Origin: Flavipsychrobacter sp.
Lineage (GTDB): Bacteria; Bacteroidota; Bacteroidia; Chitinophagales; Chitinophagaceae
Direction of reading: 5' to 3'
Length of the DNA stretch: 64,000 nt
Assembly (NCBI GenBank): GCA_035299045.1
Contig: DATGXJ010000031.1
Span: 17,410-81,409 of the forward strand
Below the pieces are notes generated by a model, which had not been told where the DNA came from, did no database searches, and saw only the letters and a program-made list of their open reading frames with translations. The translations under genes and the position numbers were made by a program. The stretch's first letter is position 1. Each line of letters opens with the position of its first letter. Shown here piece after piece: positions 55,301 through 64,000 of this stretch.

Positions 55301-56674
55301 TTATCCTTTACTGAAAGCATTCAGCACATCGTACTTGGTAAGGATGTGGTACTGGCCACTATCGTCTTTGGTAAGTACCGCACCGTTTTCTTTGCTGATG
55401 TAGTGCTTCAGGCGTTCCAGCGGCATATCCATTTCTACCATTGGCAGTGCAGCTTCCTTCACATCGCCAATATTGAAATCGCGCACCTCGCCATTATCTA
55501 TCATTTGTTTAAAAAGGCCCGACTGCGTGATGGCACCAGTTACTTCCGTGCCCTTCAATACAGGTATCTGCTCAATGTCGTATTTCTTCATCAATTCCAG
55601 TGCATCGCTCACTTTAGCACCTTCATCTATAGTTACCAAACGACGACGGCCAAGACCACCAATCAAATCACGAACGGTTGATACTTCAAGGAAGCCACGA
55701 TCCAGCATCCACTCATCATTGTATATTTTACCTACATAGCGGCTACCGTGATCGTGGAATACCACCACAACCAGGTCGGTAGGCTTCAGGTGCTGTTTCA
55801 TTTGCTTCAGCCCTGCAATTACAGAACCTGCGGAGTAGCCCACGAACAGGCCTTCTTCCTTCGCTATACGACGAGCCATTACAGCACCGTCTTTATCGGT
55901 TACTTTTTCAAAATGGTCTATTACATCTTTAATGTAGTTCTGCGGCAGGAAGTCTTCACCAAAACCTTCTGATATGTATGGGTGCACCTCGTTCATATCC
56001 AGCTCACCTGTATCAAACCATTTTTTCAACAGTGAGCCATAGGTATCTATCGCCCACATTTTGATGTCGGGGTTCTTTTCTTTCATGAACATACCGATAC
56101 CGGTAATAGTACCGCCCGTACCACTAGCTACTACGATGTGCGTTACTTTACCTTCTGTCTGTTCCCAGATTTCAGGAGCGGTGCTCTCGTAGTGTGCCTG
56201 ACGGTTTGCCAGATTATCGTATTGGTTTACATACCAACTATTTGGAATCTCTGTTGCCAGACGCTTAGATACCGAATAGTAAGAACGCGGATCTTCAGGC
56301 TCTACATTTGTAGGGCATACAATCACCTCTGCACCTACAGCCTTCAGGATATCTACTTTTTCTTTCGATTGCTTGTCTGTAGTGGCGAAAATACATTTGT
56401 ACCCTTTGATGATGGCAGCCAGTGCAAGGCCCATACCTGTGTTACCACTTGTACCTTCTATAATAGTACCACCGGGCTTTATTTTACCTTCCTGCTCTGC
56501 CACTTCCAGCATCTTCAGTGCCATACGGTCTTTGATGCTGTTGCCGGGGTTGAAGAAATCGACCTTTGCATAAACAGGGCATGGCAGGTCAGCCGTTACC
56601 TTGTTTAGTTTAATAAGCGGTGTATTACCTATTGTTTGCAGTACGTTATCGTACACGCGTTTTGCTGCGTTCAT
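55301..56674 (-). CDS. Cystathionine beta-synthase-like PLP enzyme (CysK/CysM fold + tandem CBS domains)
   Basis: GNTPLIKL, FFNPGNSIKDRMA (PLP Lys), GTSGNTGMGLA, GTGGTITG, then a ~120-aa CBS pair (IEQIPVLKGTEVTGAIT...GAVLTKDDSGQYHILTKYDVL). Confidence 0.85.
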   Translation of the reverse strand: MNAAKRVYDNVLQTIGNTPLIKLNKVTADLPCPVYAKVDFFNPGNSIKDRMALKMLEVAEQEGKIKPGGTIIEGTSGNTGMGLALAAIIKGYKCIFATTDKQSKEKVDILKAVGAEVIVCPTNVEPEDPRSYYSVSKRLATEIPNSWYVNQYDNLANRQAHYESTAPEIWEQTEGKVTHIVVASGTGGTITGIGMFMKEKNPDIKMWAIDTYGSLLKKWFDTGELDMNEVHPYISEGFGEDFLPQNYIKDVIDHFEKVTDKDGAVMARRIAKEEGLFVGYSAGSVIAGLKQMKQHLKPTDLVVVVFHDHGSRYVGKIYNDEWMLDRGFLEVSTVRDLIGGLGRRRLVTIDEGAKVSDALELMKKYDIEQIPVLKGTEVTGAITQSGLFKQMIDNGEVRDFNIGDVKEAALPMVEMDMPLERLKHYISKENGAVLTKDDSGQYHILTKYDVLNAFSKG

Positions 56675-56780
56675 ATTCTGAAAATATAGTGGCGAAGGTA
56701 AATAATAAGATGGAGAGCGGAAAGTTTACGATTGAATTACAATTGATTAATTAATTTTATAACAACCTAAATCCCATTTT

Positions 56781-57230
56781 ATGAAGTCATTACAATTAAG
56801 TTTTGTTTTCTTCTTAGCTGTTACAGTTACGTTGTTTGGTTGTAAAAAGAATAATATACCTCCGGCAGATACAAATTCCCTGAGTAAATACGCTTTAAAG
56901 ATTAAGCAAAAACGTAATTGGCATTATTCCTTTTATCAAATAACAGCTAAACATACCAGTAGCCCACAAATAACGAATTTCGCCTTTGACACAACATTTG
57001 CGCTGTCAATGCCTGATGATAGCACTATTAAACTATGGCTTATGCCTAATACGAATGTTTACGATGCACACTACCTTATAAAAGATGATACTTGTGTCAT
57101 ATACAAAGCAAACTACGGAGCAGATGAACCTTTATTAATGAGGTATAATTTTATTAATAATCATATATACATTCATGGAGGAGAATCACGGGCATCATAT
57201 GTTACAGATATGAATTGTATTAGCTACTAA
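56781..57230 (+). CDS. Hypothetical lipoprotein
   Basis: Lipobox in MKSLQLSFVFFLAVTVTLFGC. 149 aa, AT-rich, no family recognised. Confidence 0.5.
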   Translation: MKSLQLSFVFFLAVTVTLFGCKKNNIPPADTNSLSKYALKIKQKRNWHYSFYQITAKHTSSPQITNFAFDTTFALSMPDDSTIKLWLMPNTNVYDAHYLIKDDTCVIYKANYGADEPLLMRYNFINNHIYIHGGESRASYVTDMNCISY

Positions 57231-57602
57231 ATACTTCGTAGAATATACATTCAGTAGTTGAGCATAAAACCTACCTGCCATTGGGCTGAATGGGTAACGA
57301 TAAGCATAGTAAGAAATATTGTTCTATGCGTTAGCATTTACCGCAAATAGTAATAGAAAGGCAAAAGCGGATTTCGGACATTCATATCTTAAGAACTAAC
57401 GAACGTATTGTATACAAATATGACAACATCCATATATCGACAATAAAATATAACGAAGATTATAACAGAAAATTAATGCCGTAATTGTTATACCCAAACA
57501 TATAAACTACCAATTAAACCCATTCATATATCACGATAGATATCTGGCAAATCATGGAGAATATATCACTATTATAAGTTACGTTTATTCAATCTAAAAA
57601 TC

Positions 57603-57610
57603 TACATTTG
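57603..57610 (+). promoter_or_regulatory. -7 promoter box TACATTTG for the transglutaminase-like gene
   Basis: Exact TAnnTTTG match, 49 nt upstream of the ATG at 57659, at the end of a 428-bp ORF-free gap. Confidence 0.35.
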
Positions 57611-57658
57611 CGCATCCTCTTACTCACTGTAACGCCCTAATTATATATTCTACGCAAA

Positions 57659-58504
57659 ATGCTATTGAGAAAAATCTCCGGGTTCATGCTGATATTCATA
57701 GCCGGATTTTTATTAATGTTCACGTTACTCAGTTATAGTGACTGGAAGTACGAGGACGAGCTTGTGCATAATCTTGCTATAGAGGTAAAGGAACGATGTC
57801 CTGAAAACAACCTCAATTGCATGGTAGATACAGCCATGCATTATACCCACCTGATACAGGACCCAATGATGACGCTTTTCAGCGATAAAACATTTACATC
57901 TCCGAAACTTGCACTAACACGTAGTTCATTCAGTAATTTCTATTTTGGCAAAGGTGCATGTGGGGCATATGCAAGCTTCTTTACCAGGCTGATGATGCAT
58001 ATGGGCTATAAAACAAAATTTGTAATACTAACAGTTGGCGGCAGGGAAGGTGGTCATATTGCCACTGTAATAGAAAAAGACCATCATCTATTGTTAGTAG
58101 ACCCTCTGTCAGGGCATATATTTAGAGACTCAGCCGGTAAAATGGTTGATATTGATACTGTATCTAAATACTGGAACAACTACTACAAACACAATCTGTC
58201 TGCCAAATATGAACCCTCGTACAACTATCAGGAAGGCTGGAAATATACTAATTGGGGAAAACTGGGCTTTATCTCTAAAGCTTTCTACAAAACATCTGTA
58301 TTCTTTATAGGCAAAAAGAGAACAGACAATATATCATTGCACTACTATATTGTTAGGCTCAATAAGAGTATTGTCTTTGTAACATCAGCATTGTTTATAT
58401 TATCTGTTATGATAGCATTGCGCCTTTTCAGGCCGGAAGTAAACAGCCTACTTGAATACGTGGCTAACCGTAAAAACCAGCGACACCACAACACCGACAA
58501 CTAA
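57659..58504 (+). CDS. Membrane-anchored transglutaminase-like cysteine protease-fold protein
   Basis: N- and C-terminal TM segments. The core GKGACGAYASFFTRLMMHMGYKTKFV...GGHIATVIEKDHHLLLVDP supplies a Cys...His...Asp triad in the order and spacing of transglutaminase-core domains. Confidence 0.65.
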   Translation: MLLRKISGFMLIFIAGFLLMFTLLSYSDWKYEDELVHNLAIEVKERCPENNLNCMVDTAMHYTHLIQDPMMTLFSDKTFTSPKLALTRSSFSNFYFGKGACGAYASFFTRLMMHMGYKTKFVILTVGGREGGHIATVIEKDHHLLLVDPLSGHIFRDSAGKMVDIDTVSKYWNNYYKHNLSAKYEPSYNYQEGWKYTNWGKLGFISKAFYKTSVFFIGKKRTDNISLHYYIVRLNKSIVFVTSALFILSVMIALRLFRPEVNSLLEYVANRKNQRHHNTDN

Positions 58505-58670
58505 AGATAAACCTGCCAGCAGGGCAAACATAGCGAACAAAGATGGCTCGGCTGGCTGTGTTTTGTACTCCTTATTCATTTCCATACAGCTATCATTTTT
58601 CAGGTTTTGAAATACTGTAACGGGTACCTGATATATGTATAGAAAAAATTATGCCAAAATCACTAAACAA

Positions 58671-60200
58671 CTAATATTTCATCAACATTTTGTTAGCTAT
58701 TAATTGACCTTGTTTATCGGTAATTATTATAGAATATGTACCAGAAGGCAACTCATTTAATGGCACTACTATCATATTAGCAGTTTGTGGCAACCTATGT
58801 TCTGATGCATGCACTATCTTTCCGACATTGTCTACAATACTAATTTTGCAATCAGTAACAGAATGAGATTCAAATTCTATTGTTACATTATTCAATATTG
58901 GTACAGGATATACTTTTACATTTGCGTTTTTATTGATGCTGTTAGATACTACTACAGATTTTGTTGTATCTCCAAATACATGTAACTCAAATACTCCGGT
59001 AGTTTGTTGTGCTGAAAAGAATATTTTATCATCATAATTAATCATACAATAAGGATTGAAATTCCCTAGACCAGGATTACTATCCGATATTAGCTTTGGA
59101 GGAGCGCTACCATCAAACTCCCAAAACTCAATTCCATGTGTACTATCATCTCCATTAAAGTATAACTTACCCTTGTATTCGATAAAACTATAGCCTGAAT
59201 TCAACGGATAGCCAGTTGGCAAATTATTCATATGATAAACTTTATACAACACATCAGTTGTAAGATTATACCCATATAAATCTTGCCCCAAATTGCCGTC
59301 ACTCAAAACAAAGTACAAGTTGTTATTTAGAATCCCATAACCATGTGAATCGCCCCCATACCTGGCTTTTGCACTAATACCTGGAGGGCCTATGAAAGAA
59401 TAGTTTATACTTGTCACTTTTTTGACAATATTGTTGCTATCAATAGTGTAAAACTGATAACCATTATTCCCGACAAGAACATTATCAAAATAAATAAAAT
59501 ACAATTTACCGTTTAGTACACTAAGGTTACCTGGCGAATATATGCCCGTATTATTTGTACACTTTAAAACAATTCCTGTAGATGGTTCATAACGATAAAT
59601 CTGATATTTATCATCATTATCTCTTGCTACATAAAAAAGGCAGCTATTATATACAACAAGTCCCCGCGCATAGCCATCACTACTACCTGTTCTTGTATCT
59701 GCTATAAGCCTTGCGATACCTGTTACTGGGTTATACTCGTAGAGTTCCCTACCCGTTGGTGGTTTATATGCTTCAAAAAACAATCTACCGGAAAGTGAAA
59801 TAATATTTTTAGGCTCTGATGATACAGGACCTGGCAAAATATCAGAAGCCAAACTTATTGGGTTCACTCCATCAAACTTATACAACTCATAATCAGAGCC
59901 ATTACTACCTGAAAAATAAAGTGTATCGCCAACTATAGCAGGTCTACCATATCCGTTAAAGTAACTCGAGTGCGGAAATTTTGTCCAAATACCTGATTTA
60001 TCAAAACTGGCAATTTCCCTACTGTTAGGATTAGTGCTTGAGAACGTCATATAAAAAAGTTTGTCTTTAAATACTATAAGATCTGAACAAGTTTGATAAT
60101 TTGCTCCTGGATAATGATTTATAGCTTTGTATAATATTTGGGAAAAGCTACTTATGTAATATAAAAGACAAAAAAGGCTTACGGTAATTACTTTATACAT
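58671..60200 (-). CDS. ELWxxDGT-repeat-like beta-propeller protein with type-A T9SS CTD
   Basis: Signal peptide MYKVITVSLFCLLYYISSFSQ. Recurring degenerate repeats (ELYKFDGVNP, ELYEYNPVTG, QIYRYEPSTG, DLYGYNLTTD, EFWEFDGSAP). CTD: VKVYPVPILNNVTIEFES...LPSGTYSIIITDKQGQLIANKMLMKY. Visibly AT-rich. Confidence 0.7.
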   Translation of the reverse strand: MYKVITVSLFCLLYYISSFSQILYKAINHYPGANYQTCSDLIVFKDKLFYMTFSSTNPNSREIASFDKSGIWTKFPHSSYFNGYGRPAIVGDTLYFSGSNGSDYELYKFDGVNPISLASDILPGPVSSEPKNIISLSGRLFFEAYKPPTGRELYEYNPVTGIARLIADTRTGSSDGYARGLVVYNSCLFYVARDNDDKYQIYRYEPSTGIVLKCTNNTGIYSPGNLSVLNGKLYFIYFDNVLVGNNGYQFYTIDSNNIVKKVTSINYSFIGPPGISAKARYGGDSHGYGILNNNLYFVLSDGNLGQDLYGYNLTTDVLYKVYHMNNLPTGYPLNSGYSFIEYKGKLYFNGDDSTHGIEFWEFDGSAPPKLISDSNPGLGNFNPYCMINYDDKIFFSAQQTTGVFELHVFGDTTKSVVVSNSINKNANVKVYPVPILNNVTIEFESHSVTDCKISIVDNVGKIVHASEHRLPQTANMIVVPLNELPSGTYSIIITDKQGQLIANKMLMKY

Positions 60201-60351
60201 AGAATATAGGTTTAGAATATAGACGTTAATAACTATAAAAACGTTAGAATCAACTAAAATTCATTAAGACATCAATCTATTCAAATATAATATTGAAATA
60301 GTAAAACATAAGACATTAACCAAAATCATCTGCACAAATAGTAATTACCCC

Positions 60352-60359
60352 TATCTTTG
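60352..60359 (+). promoter_or_regulatory. -7 promoter box TATCTTTG for mdh
   Basis: Exact TAnnTTTG match, 48 nt upstream of the ATG at 60407. Same TATCTTTGCAC context as the fbaB promoter. Confidence 0.45.
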
Positions 60360-60406
60360 CACGGATTTTATATTTATTTAAACTCACAATAAAAAGAATA
60401 AACGAA

Positions 60407-61342
60407 ATGAAAGTAACTGTAGTAGGTGCGGGTGCAGTAGGTGCTACCTGTGCAGACAACATCGCCCGCAGGGGATTGGTTGAAGAACTGGTACTCGTAG
60501 ACATCAAAGAAGGTTTTGCTGAAGGTAAAGCGCTGGACATCATGCAGACGTCGTCTCTGCTGGGTTTTGATACCCGCGTAATAGGCAGCACAAACGACTA
60601 TAGCAAAACTGCTGGTTCTGATGTTTGCGTTATCACTTCAGGTATTCCGCGCAAACCAGGCATGACTCGTGAAGAGTTGATTGGCACAAACGCAAAAATC
60701 GTTGAAACAGTTGCTAAAAACCTGCTGCAATACTCTCCTAATACTATCATAGTGGTGATAAGCAACCCTATGGATACTATGACATACCTGACGCTGAAAG
60801 CTACAGGCCTGCCTAAAAACCGCATCATCGGTATGGGTGGTATACTGGATAGCGCACGCTTCAAAACATACCTGCAACAATCACTGAACTGCTCTCAGAA
60901 CGACCTGCACGCAGTAGTAATAGGTGGCCACGGCGATACTACAATGATACCACTGACACGCCTTGCTACATTGAATGGCACACCTGTTAGCAACTTCCTG
61001 AACGAAGAACAACTGAAACAAGTTGCTGCTGATACAATGGTAGGTGGTGCTACACTTACAAAACTGCTGGGCACAAGTGCATGGTATGCACCGGGTGCTG
61101 CAGGAGCATTGCTGGTAGAAAGCATCATCCGCAACCAGAAGAAAGTATTCCCTTGCTGCGTAGCGCTGGATGGCGAATATGGCCAGAAAGACATTTGCCT
61201 GGGCGTACCTGTAGTGATAGGCAGCAACGGCTGGGAAAAAATCATCGACTACAAACTGAACGCTGAAGAACAAGAAGCATTCAACAAAAGCGCAGAAGCA
61301 GTACGCAGCATGAACGCTGTACTGGAAACACTGGTAGCGTAA
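60407..61342 (+). CDS. mdh: Malate dehydrogenase (LDH-like MDH)
   Basis: MKVTVVGAGAVGATCA NAD-binding loop, ITSGIPRKPGMTREEL substrate loop, GGHGDTM catalytic His. 311 aa. Confidence 0.95.
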   Translation: MKVTVVGAGAVGATCADNIARRGLVEELVLVDIKEGFAEGKALDIMQTSSLLGFDTRVIGSTNDYSKTAGSDVCVITSGIPRKPGMTREELIGTNAKIVETVAKNLLQYSPNTIIVVISNPMDTMTYLTLKATGLPKNRIIGMGGILDSARFKTYLQQSLNCSQNDLHAVVIGGHGDTTMIPLTRLATLNGTPVSNFLNEEQLKQVAADTMVGGATLTKLLGTSAWYAPGAAGALLVESIIRNQKKVFPCCVALDGEYGQKDICLGVPVVIGSNGWEKIIDYKLNAEEQEAFNKSAEAVRSMNAVLETLVA

Positions 61343-61375
61343 TCGCATTTTGATTGCCCGTACTTAATATATGTA

Positions 61376-61408
61376 TACAGCCCCTCAATGAGGGGCTGTA
61401 TGTCTTTT
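61376..61408 (+). terminator. Rho-independent terminator after mdh
   Basis: TACAGCCCCTC-AAT-GAGGGGCTGTA hairpin followed by TGTCTTTT. Confidence 0.65.
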
Positions 61409-61482
61409 AAGCCATACAATATGTGATATGTTTTTTCGTTCTGTTATTTAAGAACTATTAACTTTATACAAACAATAAACCT

Positions 61483-62403
61483 ATGCGACCTTTTATTTTG
61501 CTGCAACTGGCAGCCATCCTTATTTTCTGTAACGCAACAGCACAACAATACCATCCGTTCCCCTACGGTAATGCTTTCTGGAGCGACTATAATCATATCT
61601 ATGTTTCTCAAGTAGGCTATTTCACTGAAGAGGCCATGTATTTTGCATCCGGCAAAGACACTACTATAAAAGGCAATACCTATCAAAAGATTATGGCACG
61701 ATCTCTGTCACTTCAAAACAAAACCGGATATCTACCAGTATCAGGAGGTGTTGCAAAAGGACAAGATTACTATATATGTGCTATAAGAGAAGACAGCAAA
61801 AAGCTGTACATGTATTACCGTGATACTGAAACGCTGATGTGGGACTTTAATGTAAACATAGGAGATACTATCAAACAGATTTTTGTATTCAACATTTACG
61901 ATATCAAAAACATAAACGCCGTAATAACCGGCACTGATAGTGTTTCCATTGGTGGTGTCTATAGAAAAAGGTATATAACAACTAATAGTGCTTTTACACT
62001 TGTGGAAGGAATTGGTGCGAATGGTTTCCCATTTTTCTATGGCTCTTACTTTTCTCACCAAGGTGGCGAGCCAATTTGCTACACAGAAAATGGGTACACC
62101 ACATCTTATTCATCAACCTACCCATGCTATTATATTCATCCTTACGGCACACCAACAGGCGTTAGCAACACGGCTGCAAACAAAGCTGCTAACATCTACC
62201 CCAACCCATTCAACAATCAGCTGATGGTGGATGCCGATGCCACGTATATAAAGCTGACAGATGCCATGGGCAAAGTGGCAATAACCCAACTTGGCAGCAA
62301 CAAAACAATCAATACTTCTTCACTGCCTGTAGGCTTGTATATACTTACCCTACATGATGATAGTGGCAATATAACCGAACGAAGAAAACTGATAAAAGAA
62401 TAA
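61483..62403 (+). CDS. Hypothetical secreted protein with type-A T9SS CTD
   Basis: Signal peptide MRPFILLQLAAILIFCNATAQ. CTD: NIYPNPFNNQLMVDADATYIKLTDAMGKVA...LPVGLYILTLHDDSGNITERRKLIKE. Confidence 0.65.
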   Translation: MRPFILLQLAAILIFCNATAQQYHPFPYGNAFWSDYNHIYVSQVGYFTEEAMYFASGKDTTIKGNTYQKIMARSLSLQNKTGYLPVSGGVAKGQDYYICAIREDSKKLYMYYRDTETLMWDFNVNIGDTIKQIFVFNIYDIKNINAVITGTDSVSIGGVYRKRYITTNSAFTLVEGIGANGFPFFYGSYFSHQGGEPICYTENGYTTSYSSTYPCYYIHPYGTPTGVSNTAANKAANIYPNPFNNQLMVDADATYIKLTDAMGKVAITQLGSNKTINTSSLPVGLYILTLHDDSGNITERRKLIKE

Positions 62404-62407
62404 ACAG

Positions 62408-62436
62408 AAAAGCCTGCTACATAAGCGGGCTTTTTT
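62408..62436 (+). terminator. Rho-independent terminator
   Basis: GCCTGC-(7-nt loop)-GCGGGC hairpin (one G-U pair) followed by TTTTTT. Overlaps the 3' end of the convergent gene. Confidence 0.55.
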
Positions 62437-63064
62437 ATGGCAATATGTATTTGCCTATTATGTACAACCACAACAGACCACCCGAAAGGCTACCTAAACC
62501 ACCCCAGACAATAAACTGCAGGCGGTGTTTTTTGAGCAACACAAACGTAATCCACCACAATACAGTACTTGCAGCAACAAATATCAACAGATGCCCAATC
62601 AATGGATTAGCATTGTAATAATCCAAAAGCTTACATTCATCACATCTATAAGGCACTTGTTTTGTAGTTAGATATTTTGCCCAGAAAAAGACTTCGTTAA
62701 ATACATTCCTGCTGATAAAAAACGAACAAGCCAGCAGAAGCAAGTGCCTGAAGTTATAAGCATCTATTTTCTGTTTTCTGCGAACAACAAGCAGACCAAT
62801 AATGCCGCCCAAACCTGTGAGGATTGTTTGTGCAGGACCACCCCATGTAAACAGACTTAGCCTGTATTCATACAGACGAAAAGTATCTGCATCTTTAGCG
62901 GCATTGTAAGCATCATAACAGTTTTCACAACTTGTATACTGATAGTGAACAGATGTTTTAAACCCAACCATTTCACCTACAAGCGCATGGCCACACTCGT
63001 GTGCCAGTGTACCAACAATGGCAGCAATAAAAAAGACAAGAAATATGCGGGCTTTGTTGTGCAT
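62435..63064 (-). CDS. Putative membrane-embedded zinc metalloprotease (HExxH; S2P/M50-like)
   Basis: 209 aa with about 5 TM segments. An HECGHALVGE motif sits at the end of the first TM. Family assignment is tentative. Confidence 0.5.
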   Translation of the reverse strand: MHNKARIFLVFFIAAIVGTLAHECGHALVGEMVGFKTSVHYQYTSCENCYDAYNAAKDADTFRLYEYRLSLFTWGGPAQTILTGLGGIIGLLVVRRKQKIDAYNFRHLLLLACSFFISRNVFNEVFFWAKYLTTKQVPYRCDECKLLDYYNANPLIGHLLIFVAASTVLWWITFVLLKKHRLQFIVWGGLGSLSGGLLWLYIIGKYILP

Positions 63065-63099
63065 AATAACTACACAACATTACTACAAAATAAAGAATA

Positions 63100-63267
63100 C
63101 TACGCCTGTGTATTGCGCACTTTGGTATACGTATACACAATGCGCTTGCCCACTACTTTCATTTCTACCTCTACCAGCTCTCCGCGAAATGGATTGAGCC
63201 TTGTAAAATAATGCAACACTTTATTGCTGAATATTCTTGGTCGGTCTGTTGATGTCAATGCTTTCAT
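63100..63267 (-). CDS. Hypothetical small protein (55 aa)
   Basis: ORF 63100..63309 trimmed to the ATG at 63267 (MKALTSTDRPRIFSNKVLHYF...). No family recognised and coding status is uncertain. Confidence 0.3.
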   Translation of the reverse strand: MKALTSTDRPRIFSNKVLHYFTRLNPFRGELVEVEMKVVGKRIVYTYTKVRNTQA

Positions 63268-63405
63268 GTTTGTTCTGTTTATGTAAATATCACACACCGT
63301 AGAGGCCATACCAAACTACAGCCCCTGTTTAACGGGCAATTAACCATTACAAAACAGGCTGCACATGGCAGCCTGCATACAATATTCAAACAAAAAAAGA
63401 TTTTA

Positions 63406-63972
63406 TTACATCTGTGTAGCTGTAAACACAACATCAGTAGTATATGTACCGGGTGCTGCAAGTATCCCGGGCGTTGCTTTGTACTTTACGGTAAACGTCT
63501 GGTTGCCACCCGGATTACAATATGTAAGCAGTGTTGTGCCACCGCCTATTGTAAGGCCCAGCCAACCTAGCAGCGCCTGCAATGTAGGTATACCACCCGT
63601 GTTATTAGCCGTTACCATTACCTGCAAGCCTGTGCTTACGGGGATGATGTTATTAACTGTATATGTACCTGTGTAGGTAAAATTTGTAGAAGAGCTGGCC
63701 ACTGCTACTTTAAATTTTTTGTTGGAGCGTACGCGCAAATCCTGCGTCACGCTTTCCTTACCATTTATAAGTTCTGTAGCGTTGTTGTATGTAAAATTGA
63801 GTGTACCACCCGCACCATTGATGAATGATAGTTCGATGGCATCAGAAAGATCGAGCTTGGCAGTTTGTACCGCTGTCCTACTTGCATTTTGTGCGTTGGC
63901 AGAAAATGCTGCTACCATACCCAAAATAAATATAGCTATTGCTTTAAGAAGCGTGTTTGTCTGTTTGTTCAT
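63406..63972 (-). CDS. Secreted pilin-like protein, fourth paralogue of the 11.5-14.7 kb family
   Basis: 188 aa with a signal peptide ...GMVAAFSANAQ. TELINGK, LRVRSNKKFKVAVASSSTNFTYTG and C-terminal APGTYTTDVVFTATQM align with the motifs of 14114..14695 and 11512..12018. Ordinary codon usage. Confidence 0.6.
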   Translation of the reverse strand: MNKQTNTLLKAIAIFILGMVAAFSANAQNASRTAVQTAKLDLSDAIELSFINGAGGTLNFTYNNATELINGKESVTQDLRVRSNKKFKVAVASSSTNFTYTGTYTVNNIIPVSTGLQVMVTANNTGGIPTLQALLGWLGLTIGGGTTLLTYCNPGGNQTFTVKYKATPGILAAPGTYTTDVVFTATQM

Positions 63973-64000
63973 ACCGTGTGTCTTTTTCTTGGGTTTATAA

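Noticed and set aside
60881-61348. 155-aa minus-strand ORF inside mdh
   Set aside because: It is antisense to malate dehydrogenase.

Overview
This is a 64-kb chromosomal segment of a Bacteroidota genome, probably Chitinophagia/Sphingobacteriia-like. That placement rests on many T9SS C-terminal sorting domains, TAnnTTTG -7 promoter boxes, and panC / glgA-like / DUF4270-like / glmS synteny. I call about 59 protein genes and one tRNA-Leu(CAA). I saw no rRNA, CRISPR array, transposase, integrase or phage genes. Confidently recognised housekeeping genes are pyk, panC, glmS, metK, class I aldolase (fbaB type), mdh, prolyl oligopeptidase, a CBS-domain cystathionine beta-synthase-like enzyme, acyl-CoA desaturase, a THUMP RNA methyltransferase, a CDGSH Fe-S protein, a B12-binding radical SAM protein, and a bestrophin-like gene at the left edge that the ORF track misses. 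Accessory content includes a 2260-aa SprB-repeat adhesin with a type-B T9SS CTD (20 tandem ~78-aa repeats with a 4-unit higher-order duplication). There are six further type-A T9SS cargo genes, including a tandem array of three FN3-stalk paralogues with different head domains. There is also a four-gene lipoprotein / membrane-module / HisKA_3 kinase / LuxR regulator operon. The most interesting region is 11.5-18.0 kb. It holds paralogous small secreted pilin-like proteins (one with strongly expression-biased codons followed by an intra-cluster terminator), a two-domain secreted chaperone-like protein, and a 929-aa barrel protein with C-terminal beta-sandwich domains. I interpret this as a candidate chaperone-usher-like (Csu/SCPU-like) fibre system of a family I cannot name. 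A fourth paralogue sits at the right window edge. All functional calls come from reading the translations by eye; no database search was possible.
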